NCBI RefSeq assembly: GCF_019464535.1
Contig: NZ_CP080507.1
Span: 180,001-212,000, forward strand
Direction: 5' to 3'
Source of the DNA: Horticoccus luteus
GTDB lineage: Bacteria > Verrucomicrobiota > Verrucomicrobiia > Opitutales > Opitutaceae
Length of the DNA stretch: 32,000 bases
Of this stretch, positions 8,694 through 17,395 are shown piece after piece. Numbering within the stretch: position 1 is the first letter of the stretch; every line of letters starts with the position of its first letter. Under the pieces are notes generated by a model. That model was not told the DNA's origin. It did no database searches and saw only the letters and a list, made by a program, of their open reading frames with translations. Position numbers and translations under genes: made by a program.

Positions 8694-10094
8694 GTGTCGC
8701 TGCCCCGTCGTGCGTGCGTCTGCCTCGCGGTCGGCGGGCTCGGCGGCGTGGGGACGCCGGTGTTGCACGCGATGGCTCCGCCGCCGGATGGCCGGATTCA
8801 TGTGACGTATTGGGAAAAGTGGACGCAGTTTGAAGAGCGGGCGATTCGAGCGGTGATTGCGGAGTTCGAGCGTTCCCAGGATCGCATCGCGATCGACTAC
8901 CTGCCGGTGGGTTTGATCGATCGAAAGACGATCGTCGCCACCGCCGGTGGAGATCCGCCCGACATCGCCGGATTATGGGCGCCGCAGGTGGCGGCGTTTG
9001 CGGATGCGGGCGCGCTGGAATCGCTCGATCCCTATATCGAACATGACGGCCTGACGCCGGCGCAATGGCTGGCGCGCTACGAGCCGGTTTACGCGAGCAT
9101 TTGCGAACACAACGGGCACGTCTTCGCGGGCATCAGCACGCCGCTGGTCATGACGTTGCACTGGAACCGCACGATGTTTCGCGCCGCCGGGCTCGATCCC
9201 GACCGGCCGCCACGCACCCTCGCGGAGTTCAACGCGTATTGCCGCCTTTTGACGAAGCGCGACCCGCGCACCGGCGAGATTCTGCAGATGGGCTTCCTGC
9301 CGCAGGAGCCGGGCTGGTGGCCGGGGATTTTCCTGCGGTGGTTTGGAGGGGAATTATGGGACGCCCACGGCGTCACGCTCGCGAAAGATCCGCACAATCT
9401 CGCGGCGATGGAATGGGTGGCGGGCTTCACGCGCGACAACGGCGGGCCGGATGCGATCAACACGTTTGCGGCGGGGTTTGGCGGGATGACCTCGGCGCAA
9501 AATCCGTTTTACACGGGGAAAATCGCGATGGTTTTCCAAGGCGTGTGGCTCAACAACTACATCCGTCAATACAAGCCGGGTTTGGACTTTGGCGTGGGTC
9601 CGTGGCCAGAGGCGGTGCCCGGGGTGAAAGATTTCGCAATGGTCGAGTCGGATGTGTTGGTGATTCCGCGCGGCGCGAAGCACGCCGCGGCGGCGTGGGA
9701 GTTCATCAAGTTTGTAAACTCGCACAACCCCAACGCCCGCACGCGCGCGGAGCTGCAGGGGGGTGAGTTGTTGTGTTTTATGCAGGAGAAAAATTCTCCG
9801 ATGCGGCAGTGGAGCCCGTTTTTCACGGAGCATCATCCGCATCCTTATATCAAAGAATTCCGCACCCTCGCGGCGAGTCCGCACGCGGCGTTTCTGGGCG
9901 AGGTGGGGATTTTTCCGGAATACAATCGGGAGCTTGCGACGGCTTTCGATCGCGTGCGCCTGCTGATGGCGACTCCCGGTCAGGCGCTGGCGGACGCGCA
10001 GGCGCGGCTGGACGTCGCGTGGGCGCGCTATCGCCGCAGTCTTGAGCGCCACGGACTGCTGCCGCAGGAAATGATGGCCCCCGCCACGCCATGA
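8694..10094 (+). CDS. ABC transporter extracellular solute-binding protein (family 1, carbohydrate/CUT1-type)
   Basis: This is the 3' third of track ORF 7095..10094; the upstream part of that ORF is antisense to the hydrolase gene. In-frame candidate starts are TTG 8664, TTG 8673, GTG 8694 and ATG 8772. GTG 8694 gives a signal-like 'VSLPRRACVCLAVGGLGGVGTPVLHA'. The mature part 'HVTYWEKWTQFEERAIRAVIAEFE...' is typical of a sugar binding protein. The stop overlaps the next gene's start (ATGA at 10091-10094). Confidence 0.8.
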   Translation: MSLPRRACVCLAVGGLGGVGTPVLHAMAPPPDGRIHVTYWEKWTQFEERAIRAVIAEFERSQDRIAIDYLPVGLIDRKTIVATAGGDPPDIAGLWAPQVAAFADAGALESLDPYIEHDGLTPAQWLARYEPVYASICEHNGHVFAGISTPLVMTLHWNRTMFRAAGLDPDRPPRTLAEFNAYCRLLTKRDPRTGEILQMGFLPQEPGWWPGIFLRWFGGELWDAHGVTLAKDPHNLAAMEWVAGFTRDNGGPDAINTFAAGFGGMTSAQNPFYTGKIAMVFQGVWLNNYIRQYKPGLDFGVGPWPEAVPGVKDFAMVESDVLVIPRGAKHAAAAWEFIKFVNSHNPNARTRAELQGGELLCFMQEKNSPMRQWSPFFTEHHPHPYIKEFRTLAASPHAAFLGEVGIFPEYNRELATAFDRVRLLMATPGQALADAQARLDVAWARYRRSLERHGLLPQEMMAPATP

Positions 10095-11014
10095 CCCCGC
10101 GCGAACGCCGCCAGCTTTTCACCGGACTGGGCTTCACCAGCCTGTGGATCGTCGGCCTGGGGCTCTTCACGGGCTACCCGGTCTTGGCGTCGCTTTACTA
10201 TAGCTTTTGCGACTATTCGATTCTCACGTCGCCGGTGTGGTGCGGCACGGAAAACTACCGGCAGCTCGTGCACGACGACCTGTTTTGGAAGTCACTCTAC
10301 AATACGTTATTTTATGCCGGGTTGTCCGTGCCGTTGGGAACGGTGGTCGCTTTGGGGCTGGCGCTTTTGCTCCATGCCGACGTGAGGGGGAAACCGTTTT
10401 TCCGCACGCTGTTTTATCTGCCCTCGATCGTGCCGGTGGTGGCCTCGGCGCTGTTGTGGCTCTGGTTGCTGAACGGCCAGTTCGGTCTGATCAATGTCGC
10501 GCTCCGGCCCATTCTGGCGCTCGTGGGGCTGGAGCCACCGCTCTGGCTGGCGGATCCGGCGTGGGCGAAGCCGGCGCTGGTGTTGATGAGCCTGTGGGGC
10601 ACGGGCAATGCGATGATCATCTACCTCGCGGGCCTGCAAAATGTGCCGCGTGAACTCTATGAAGCGGCGGCGATCGATGGCGCGTCGGGCTGGCGGCGGT
10701 TCTGGCACATTACGCTGCCGATGATTTCGCCGGTGGTGTATTTCAACGTCGTGATCAGCCTGGTCGGCGCGCTGCAGGTTTTCACGCAGGCGTTCATCAT
10801 GTCGTCCGGAGCGGGCGGCGGGGCGGCGGGCGGCACGGACGGCAACCCGGCGCGCGCGACGCTGTTCTACACGTTGAATCTGTTTTCGACGGCGTTCTAC
10901 GATCTGCGCATGGGCTACGCGAGCGCGATGGCCTATGTGCTTTTCGTCATCATCGCGTCGCTGACGTGGCTGGCCACGCGGCTGTCGCGCAAGCATCTCA
11001 ACTACGCAAGTTGA
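10091..11014 (+). CDS. Carbohydrate ABC transporter permease (MalF/UgpA-like)
   Basis: 307 aa with multiple TM helices. It has an EAA-type loop 'ELYEAAAIDGASGWRRFWHITLPMISP'. It is translationally coupled to both neighbours. Confidence 0.9.
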   Translation: MTPRERRQLFTGLGFTSLWIVGLGLFTGYPVLASLYYSFCDYSILTSPVWCGTENYRQLVHDDLFWKSLYNTLFYAGLSVPLGTVVALGLALLLHADVRGKPFFRTLFYLPSIVPVVASALLWLWLLNGQFGLINVALRPILALVGLEPPLWLADPAWAKPALVLMSLWGTGNAMIIYLAGLQNVPRELYEAAAIDGASGWRRFWHITLPMISPVVYFNVVISLVGALQVFTQAFIMSSGAGGGAAGGTDGNPARATLFYTLNLFSTAFYDLRMGYASAMAYVLFVIIASLTWLATRLSRKHLNYAS

Positions 11015-11015
11015 C

Positions 11016-12173
11016 ATGGCCGCCCCACGCTCCACCGCTGCGTTTCGTTATGCGCTCTTGCTGCTCGCCGGCGGGGTGTTTTTGACGCCGTTCGTCTGGC
11101 TCGTGGCGACCTCGCTCAAGCCGATCGAGCAGGCGATGACGTTGCCGCCGCAACTGCTGCCGCGCGCGTATTACGCGGTGATTGCCGGCGTGCGCATGGA
11201 GGTGACGAAAGACTATCCTCTGCCGACGGCGGGCGTGGTGGTCGAAATGACCAAGGGAGCGCAGGCGGGGCGGCAGCTTTTCTTGTCGGCCCCCGAAGCG
11301 GCGGCGCAGAGGGACCGCCTGAAGATTTTGCATCGGACGGAGGTCGGCTGGTGGCGGGTGACGGAGCGTTTTGATGTCGATTTGGGAGCCGCCGTGCCGC
11401 GCTGGGATATCGTGGCGCCCGCCGCGCTGGAGGAGCACGTGCATTTTCGGTGGAGCAATTATCCGCGGGCGCTGGCCGCGATGGGCGGGCAGACCGCGGA
11501 TCAGCCGACGCCGGCGGAGGCGAAGAGCAATGTGCCGTTCAGCCGGTTTCTGGTGAATACACTGCTCGTGGCCGGCCTGGGCGCGCTGGGCACGGTGTTT
11601 TCCAATGCCATCGTCGCCTACGGCTTCGCGCGGCTCCAGTGGCGGGGGCGCGATGCGTTTTTCGCGATCACGCTCGCCACGATGATGGTGCCATTTCCGG
11701 TCCTGATGGTGCCGCTCTATGGCGTGTTTCGGGAGCTGCATTGGGTGGGGACGCTGCTGCCGTTGTGGGTGCCGGCGTGGTTTGGCAGCGCGTTTAATAT
11801 TTTTCTCATGCGCCAATTCTTTCTGAACATCCCGGAGGAGTTGAGTGAAGCGGCGCGGATCGACGGCAGCAGCGAGTGGTCGATCTTCTGGCGCATCATC
11901 CTGCCTTTGAGCAAGCCGGTGCTGGCGACGGCGGCGCTGTTTCATTTTCTCTACGCGTGGAATGATTTTCTCGGGCCGCTCCTCTATCTGACGCGCCGGG
12001 AAACGTTCACGCTGTCGCTGGCGCTGCAGGCTTATCAATCGCAGAGCGGGGGCACGCAGTGGCCGTATCTGATGGCGGCGAGCGTGGTGACGACGCTGCC
12101 CATCATCGTGCTGTTTTTCTTCGCGCAACGTTTCTTCATCCAAGGGATCGCCACGACGGGTTCGAAGGGGTGA
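11016..12173 (+). CDS. Carbohydrate ABC transporter permease (MalG/UgpE-like) with an enlarged first periplasmic loop
   Basis: 385 aa. It has an EAA loop 'EELSEAARIDGSSEWSIFWRIILPLSKP'. It starts 1 nt after the previous stop. About 140 aa separate TM1 from the 'RWSNY' block that precedes TM2. Confidence 0.9.
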   Translation: MAAPRSTAAFRYALLLLAGGVFLTPFVWLVATSLKPIEQAMTLPPQLLPRAYYAVIAGVRMEVTKDYPLPTAGVVVEMTKGAQAGRQLFLSAPEAAAQRDRLKILHRTEVGWWRVTERFDVDLGAAVPRWDIVAPAALEEHVHFRWSNYPRALAAMGGQTADQPTPAEAKSNVPFSRFLVNTLLVAGLGALGTVFSNAIVAYGFARLQWRGRDAFFAITLATMMVPFPVLMVPLYGVFRELHWVGTLLPLWVPAWFGSAFNIFLMRQFFLNIPEELSEAARIDGSSEWSIFWRIILPLSKPVLATAALFHFLYAWNDFLGPLLYLTRRETFTLSLALQAYQSQSGGTQWPYLMAASVVTTLPIIVLFFFAQRFFIQGIATTGSKG

Positions 12174-12209
12174 GGCGCACCAACGCCCGCCGGTGCGGTC
12201 CATGGCCGC

Positions 12210-12587
12210 ATGAAAACTTCAGCGATTCGGCACCTCGGTGGCTGGGCGGCGGGGGGACTGGCGGCGGGTCTGCTTTGGGTGGGAGCGGGCTGTGCCTCGC
12301 AACCTGAACGGGGCTACCGGACGGAAGCGGTGGTGCGCGAGCCGGTGATCGGCGCACAAGTGGTCGAAGTGCGGCAGGCGCCCCCGCCTCCGCTTCGCGA
12401 GCGACGTCCGCAACGCCCGGGCCGGGAGTTTGTGTGGGTGCCGGGTTACTGGTTGTGGCGAGGCAATGCCTACGTGTGGGTCGCGGGCCAGTGGCAGCGG
12501 CCGCCGCATCGGCGCGCGCACTGGGTGGAGCCGCGGTGGGAACATCGCGGCAACAGCTACCTTTACATCGAAGGTCGCTGGAATTAA
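12210..12587 (+). CDS. WXXGXW/YXWGXW-repeat small secreted protein, probable lipoprotein
   Basis: 125 aa. The N-terminus 'MKTSAIRHLGGWAAGGLAAGLLWVGAGCASQ' is signal- and lipobox-like, though not a perfect lipobox. The C-terminus 'FVWVPGYWLWRGNAYVWVAGQWQRPP...WVEPRWEHRGNSYLYIEGRW' matches the WXXGXW repeat pattern. Confidence 0.7.
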   Translation: MKTSAIRHLGGWAAGGLAAGLLWVGAGCASQPERGYRTEAVVREPVIGAQVVEVRQAPPPPLRERRPQRPGREFVWVPGYWLWRGNAYVWVAGQWQRPPHRRAHWVEPRWEHRGNSYLYIEGRWN

Positions 12588-12594
12588 CGCGACT

Positions 12595-12616
12595 CCGAGG
12601 GGCATGTTCCTCTCGG
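12595..12616. terminator. Hairpin between convergent genes (8-bp stem including one G-U, 6-nt loop)
   Basis: CCGAGGGG-CATGTT-CCTCTCGG, read directly, between stop 12585-12587 (+) and stop 12646-12648 (-). There is no U-tract. Confidence 0.3.
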
Positions 12617-12645
12617 GGCTCTCCGGGAGCGGCGGGCGGCGGCCG

Positions 12646-14043
12646 TCAAAACTCCGCGGTGCCCGGGGTGCGCGCGAAGGGGATGACGTCGCGGATGTTG
12701 CCGACGCCGGTGACGAACATGAGCATGCGTTCGAACCCGAGGCCGAAGCCCGCGTGCGGCACCGTGCCGTAGCGGCGAAGGTCGAGATACCACGCGTAGG
12801 ATTTTTCGTCGAGGTGATGCAGCGCCATGCCCGCGCGAAGTTTTTCCAAGCGCTCTTCGCGCTGACTGCCGCCGATGATTTCGCCGATGCCGGGCACGAG
12901 CAGATCCATCGCCGCGACGGTTTCGCGGCCGGGTGCGCAATCGTCGTTGGCGCGCATGTAGAACGCTTTGATCGCGCGCGGATAATTATAGACCGTGACC
13001 GGGCACTTGAAGTGTTCCTCGGTGAGAAAGCGCTCGTGTTCCGCCTGCAGGTTCGCGCCCCACGCCACGGGGTGTTCCCACGTGCGGCCGCTCTTTTCCA
13101 GCAACTCGACCGCTTCAGTGTAGCTGCAGCGGACGAAGGGTTTTTCTAGCACGAAGTCGAGGCGCGGGAGCAGCTCCTTGTCGACGAATTTGCCGAAGAA
13201 CTCGAGGTCGGCGGCGCAGTGTTCGCGCACGTCGCGGATGAGATATTTCACGAATTCCTCGGCGAGGGTCATATCGCCGTCGAGATCGCAGAACGCCACC
13301 TCCGGTTCGATCATCCAGAATTCGGCGGCGTGGCGCGAGGTGTTGGAGTTCTCCGCACGAAACGTCGGGCCAAACGTGTAAACGTTGCTCAGCGCGCACG
13401 CAAAAATCTCCGCCTCCAGTTGGCCTGACACGGTGAGAAACGTCTTCTTGCCGAAGAAATCCTGCGTCGCATCGACGCGACCATCGGCGTCCTTCGGCGG
13501 TGCTTCGAGGTCGAGCGTGGTGACGCGAAACATGTCGCCCGCGCCCTCGGCATCGCTCGCCGTGATGATCGGCGTGTGCACGTAGACGAAACTGCGTTCC
13601 TGAAAAAACCGGTGGATCGCATACGCGAGCCGGCTGCGCACGCGGAACACCGCGCCGAAGAGATTCGAGCGCGGCCGCAAGTGTGCGATCTCGCGCAGAA
13701 ACTCCAGCGAGTGGCCTTTCTTTTGCAGCGGATACGTCGCGTCGGCCTCGCCGACGACGGTGATCGACTCCGCTACCACTTCCCATTTTTGCCCCTGGCC
13801 CTGCGAGGGCACGAGCCGGCCGCGGACGCTAATCGCCGCGCCCGTGGCGAGTTTTTCGATGTGCGCGTAATCGGGCAAACTTGAGTCGGCGATGACCTGG
13901 ATGCCTTTGAGGCAGGAGCCGTCGTTGAGCTCGATGAACGAGAAGGTTTTCGCGTCGCGCCGCGTGCGCACCCAGCCTTGGAGGAGAAGGGCATCGCAGG
14001 CGGCGGCGGCGGCGAGGGCGTCTTTGACGAGTGTGCGTTGCAT
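12646..14043 (-). CDS. asnS: Asparagine--tRNA ligase
   Basis: The track ORF is 12646..14133. The start was chosen at 'MQRTLVKD' (CAT at 14041-14043). The protein has class II aaRS motifs. The C-terminus '[34 protein letters not shown]' closely parallels the E. coli AsnRS C-terminus '...IPFPRTPRNASF'. Confidence 0.93.
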   Translation of the reverse strand: MQRTLVKDALAAAAACDALLLQGWVRTRRDAKTFSFIELNDGSCLKGIQVIADSSLPDYAHIEKLATGAAISVRGRLVPSQGQGQKWEVVAESITVVGEADATYPLQKKGHSLEFLREIAHLRPRSNLFGAVFRVRSRLAYAIHRFFQERSFVYVHTPIITASDAEGAGDMFRVTTLDLEAPPKDADGRVDATQDFFGKKTFLTVSGQLEAEIFACALSNVYTFGPTFRAENSNTSRHAAEFWMIEPEVAFCDLDGDMTLAEEFVKYLIRDVREHCAADLEFFGKFVDKELLPRLDFVLEKPFVRCSYTEAVELLEKSGRTWEHPVAWGANLQAEHERFLTEEHFKCPVTVYNYPRAIKAFYMRANDDCAPGRETVAAMDLLVPGIGEIIGGSQREERLEKLRAGMALHHLDEKSYAWYLDLRRYGTVPHAGFGLGFERMLMFVTGVGNIRDVIPFARTPGTAEF

Positions 14044-14258
14044 GGTCGTTTCGCAGCAGCGAAGCGCGCGCGCCGGTGGCTGGCAAACCGAGAAGCACGG
14101 CCGCCGGGCGTTCGTCCCACTCGCGGGAATCATCCTTCCCGCAGTGCGGACACTTCCCGCCGCGGCGGCAACGAGGCGGGCGCCGAGAAATAATTTAACA
14201 AGCTAATGAAAAGAAAGTTAGGCGATGGCTGACCGAGCTGGCACGCGCGTTGCAAAGC

Positions 14259-14606
14259 ATGCCGTCAATCAACTCAAATTCCATGAACAAGCTCGTCTCC
14301 TTCTCCGCCGTCTCAGCCCTCGCGGCCGCTCCGGCAGCAATTCTCGTCCCGATGTTTTCGGGTGAGCCCACTTGGCTGCTGGCCGGCGAATCGTTCGTCG
14401 CGATGTTTGCCGCCGCGGCGCTGATCTTCGGCTTTTGCGCCGACTACGCGACGGAGCGGCGTCCGCTCGAAGCGCCGCCGCGCGCGGCGGCACCGCTCCG
14501 CCGACGCAACGCTTACACGTTTCGCCGCGGGGCGGAGGTGGCGCAGCTCGCGGCACCCGCGTCGTCACCGCTCGGCCGCCGCGCCTTGGCTTCGATGGCC
14601 GGATAA
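14259..14606 (+). CDS. Hypothetical small membrane protein
   Basis: The ORF has strongly G/C third positions in this frame. It contains two hydrophobic stretches, 'LVSFSAVSALAAAPAAILVPMF' and 'SFVAMFAAAALIFGFCA'. No family was recognised. Candidate starts are TTG 14250, ATG 14259 and ATG 14283. Confidence 0.45.
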   Translation: MPSINSNSMNKLVSFSAVSALAAAPAAILVPMFSGEPTWLLAGESFVAMFAAAALIFGFCADYATERRPLEAPPRAAAPLRRRNAYTFRRGAEVAQLAAPASSPLGRRALASMAG

Positions 14607-14626
14607 GCCGGAAAGAGCGGCGGGGC

Positions 14627-15625
14627 TCAGTGCGGATTCGCGTCGCGCGAGACGTCGTCGGCCGCGTTACCTGGCAACGCTTTCGCCGGCGCCGGCACGA
14701 TGACGGAGGCGAGCATCGAGAGTCCCAGCACGCCGCCGATCACCGCGAGCGAAACCGCGGTGGGGATGACGACCCAGTGCTCAATCAACATTTTGACGCC
14801 AATGAAGGTCAGGATCGCAGCGAGCCCGATTTTCAGGAAACGGAAGAGTTGCATCACACCGTGGATGGCAAAGTAGAGGGAACGCAGCCCGAGGATCGCG
14901 AAGATGTTTGAGGTGAGGGCGATGAAGCCGCTCTTCGTGATCGCGAGCACCGCCGGGATGGAGTCGAGCGCGAACATCACGTCGGACGTTTCGACCACGA
15001 GCAGGACGATGAACAGCGGCGTGGCCGCCAGCCGCCCTTCATGTCGCACGAAGAAGTTTTTCCCGTGGGCCTCGGGCGCGACCGGGAAGAACCGGCGGAA
15101 GAGGCGCACCACGCGATTGCGTTCGGGGTGCACCTCCGTCTCGCCGCTGCCGGGCAGCGCCAGCTTGATGCCGGTGTAAACGAGAAACGCGCCAAACCCA
15201 TACAGCACCCAATGAAAACGTGCGATGACCCCGACGCCCACGAGAATGAAAATCGCCCGCATCACGACGGCGCCGATGATGCCCCAGAACAGCACGCGAT
15301 GCTGGAAGCGCGGCTCCACGCGGAAGTAGGCGAAGATGAGGATGAACACGAAAACGTTGTCCATGCTCAGGCACAATTCGACCAGATAGGCGGAGAGAAA
15401 CTGCTGGCCGGCTTCCGCGCCGCGCCACCACCACACCACCGCGCCGAACGCGATCGCGAGGGCGGCCCACACGCCGCACCAAGCGAGCGCTTCCTTCATT
15501 TTCACGACGTGCGGCTGGCGTTGGAAAACGCCGAGATCGATCGCCAGCAGTGCGATGATGAGCGCGAAAAACCCCACCCAGGCCCAGGCAGGCAATGCGG
15601 CGACAACTCCGAGGATCGGCGTCAT
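14627..15625 (-). CDS. TerC-family integral membrane protein (Alx/YkoY-like)
   Basis: The track ORF is 14627..15697. The start was chosen at 'MTPILGVVAA' (CAT at 15623-15625). TerC hallmark blocks 'VELCLSMDNVFVF' and 'FALDSIPAVLAITK' are present, along with multiple TM helices. Confidence 0.88.
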   Translation of the reverse strand: MTPILGVVAALPAWAWVGFFALIIALLAIDLGVFQRQPHVVKMKEALAWCGVWAALAIAFGAVVWWWRGAEAGQQFLSAYLVELCLSMDNVFVFILIFAYFRVEPRFQHRVLFWGIIGAVVMRAIFILVGVGVIARFHWVLYGFGAFLVYTGIKLALPGSGETEVHPERNRVVRLFRRFFPVAPEAHGKNFFVRHEGRLAATPLFIVLLVVETSDVMFALDSIPAVLAITKSGFIALTSNIFAILGLRSLYFAIHGVMQLFRFLKIGLAAILTFIGVKMLIEHWVVIPTAVSLAVIGGVLGLSMLASVIVPAPAKALPGNAADDVSRDANPH

Positions 15626-15730
15626 GGAAACCGGGAGTGTGCTGGCGGCCGCGGGCGGCGGGCAAGCGTGGAGCGCCGGCGGCAAACCCTTTGACACGGA
15701 TTTGCCGGGCCGTTGATTGGGCGGCTTTCC

Positions 15731-17086
15731 ATGAAACGGCTACTGCTTCTGCTGCCTCTCCTGCTGGGCCTTGCGCTCGCGGCGCCTTTTGCCGCGGCTC
15801 AATCCGCCGATCCCGCGGCCGCCGCCGCACCGGCGACCAGCGCGCCGGCGACTCCGGCGCCCGCTCCGGGGAGCGCGGTTGCCGCCCACGATGCGACGAC
15901 GGCGGCCGCGGCGGCAGTGGTGGTGCGTCCCGCCCGGCGGCCGCCCGATTTCCTCGAGCACCTCGTGGACGCGATCCTCGACTTGTTCAATGTCCGCAGC
16001 AGCGGCAACACGATCGCCCACTATGTCATCGCGGGGCTGTTGCTGATCGGTTCCTTCCTGTTGCGCCGCGTGGTGACGGATTTGATTTTCCATCATCTCA
16101 AGAAGGTCGCGGCGCGGACGAAGACGACGCTCGACGACAAGCTTTTCCCGGCGCTCGAGACGCCGACTGCCACGCTCATCAGTGTGGCCGGCATGGTGGC
16201 GGCGTTGAAGGTGTTGAAGCTGAGCGTGGCGACCGACAACACGATTGGCTATGCGTCGACGATTGCGTTTTCGCTCGTGATTTTGTGGGGCGTGCTCCGC
16301 GCGTTCAACGCGGTGCTGGACCACGCGCGCGAGATCGCGTTGCAGCGGCAACTGGGCATCGCGGCGTTTCTGCCGTGGATCAAGAAGACGCTGCTGGCGG
16401 TGTTCGGTGTGTTTGGTGCGCTGCTCATCATCCAGAGCCTGGGCTACGATGTGAAGACGTTGCTCGCCGGTCTTGGGCTCGGCGGTCTGGCGTTTGCGCT
16501 CGCGGCGCAAGACACGCTCGCGAACGTGTTCGGGTCCGTCGTGGTGGCGACCGATCAGCCGTTCAAGATCGGCGAATTCGTGAAGATTGGTAACAATCTG
16601 GGCCTCGTCGAAGACATCGGGCTGCGGTCCACGCGGCTGCGGGCCGCCGACAAATCGCTGGTCGTGATTCCGAACAAGAGCGTGGCGAGCGAAGCGATCA
16701 CGAACCTGTCGCGGTTTACGCAGCGGCGTTTTGAGCAGGTGATCGGACTGACCTACGATACGCGGCCGGAACAGATGGAGGCGATCATCGCGGAAGTGCG
16801 TCGGCTGATTTTGGCGGAGGCCGAGATCGATCCGGCGTCGGTCATGGTTTTCTTTCGCGATTTCAATGCCTCGTCGCTGGACCTGTGGATCGTTTACATG
16901 ACGAAGTCGCCGGACTTCGCGAAAGCGATGGCGTTAAAACAGCGGCTGAATCTGGCATTCATGCGCGCGGTTTACGCGGAAGGGTTGTCGTTCGCGTTTC
17001 CGACGCAGACCGTCGTGCTCGACGGTCCGGTGGCGCGGCAGCTCGCGGAGCCGCGCGGGGCGCTGCCGCCTCCGACCGCAGGTTAG
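15731..17086 (+). CDS. Mechanosensitive ion channel (MscS) family protein with signal peptide and Ala/Pro-rich N-terminal segment
   Basis: Start at ATG 15731 gives 'MKRLLLLLPLLLGLALAAPFAAAQ'. The MscS pore/beta-domain block 'LGLGGLAFALAAQDTLANVFGSVVVATDQPFKIGEFVKI...GLVEDIGLRSTRLR' is present. Confidence 0.9.
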   Translation: MKRLLLLLPLLLGLALAAPFAAAQSADPAAAAAPATSAPATPAPAPGSAVAAHDATTAAAAAVVVRPARRPPDFLEHLVDAILDLFNVRSSGNTIAHYVIAGLLLIGSFLLRRVVTDLIFHHLKKVAARTKTTLDDKLFPALETPTATLISVAGMVAALKVLKLSVATDNTIGYASTIAFSLVILWGVLRAFNAVLDHAREIALQRQLGIAAFLPWIKKTLLAVFGVFGALLIIQSLGYDVKTLLAGLGLGGLAFALAAQDTLANVFGSVVVATDQPFKIGEFVKIGNNLGLVEDIGLRSTRLRAADKSLVVIPNKSVASEAITNLSRFTQRRFEQVIGLTYDTRPEQMEAIIAEVRRLILAEAEIDPASVMVFFRDFNASSLDLWIVYMTKSPDFAKAMALKQRLNLAFMRAVYAEGLSFAFPTQTVVLDGPVARQLAEPRGALPPPTAG

Positions 17087-17166
17087 GACGTGTCGGTTGG
17101 CGGGGAGGGAGCGGTCGGGCGTCGGATGGTCCAGCATTAGTATTTTTCTTCACGACCGGTGCGTTT

Positions 17167-17198
17167 CCCGGTGCCGATCGGGTTCTCGCCGGTTTTTT
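17167..17198 (+). terminator. Candidate rho-independent terminator downstream of the MscS gene
   Basis: A GC-rich hairpin, CCGGTG...CGCCGG (17167-17192), is followed directly by TTTTTT (17193-17198). It lies about 80 nt after the stop at 17086. Confidence 0.45.
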
Positions 17199-17395
17199 CG
17201 CTTCGCTCGGGAAGGGCGGATTCGCCAGCGGAGGCGGAGAAGCGCGCAAAATGTTGGGGGAAGATTTGACGAGGTGAGGCCGAACGGAGGCGGGGAGGTG
17301 GCGGGGGAACGGGGTGTTCAGGGTTCCGGCAACGCTTCCTAATTAATGAGGTGTATCCCCTACGCCTCGTTGACCGGCCGAGGTCACGGTTGATA

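Noticed and set aside
10998-12203. 401-aa - strand ORF across the second permease gene
   Set aside because: The product is extremely R/H/Q/P-rich and antisense to a permease with an EAA loop and TM helices. It is a shadow ORF.
15626-15730. Possible yybP-ykoY (Mn2+) riboswitch upstream of the TerC-family gene
   Set aside because: TerC/Alx genes are often preceded by this riboswitch. Here only ~105 nt are shared with the divergent MscS gene. I could not recognise the conserved riboswitch core. I saw only a short GGCAAA...TTTGCC hairpin.
17087-17350. Small ORFs (16885..17277, 17097..17342) or a tRNA/sRNA gene in the long region upstream of the giant gene
   Set aside because: The ORF products are R/G-rich with no start context and overlap a terminator-like hairpin. 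I saw no cloverleaf hallmarks such as a GGTTCGAATCC-type T-arm.
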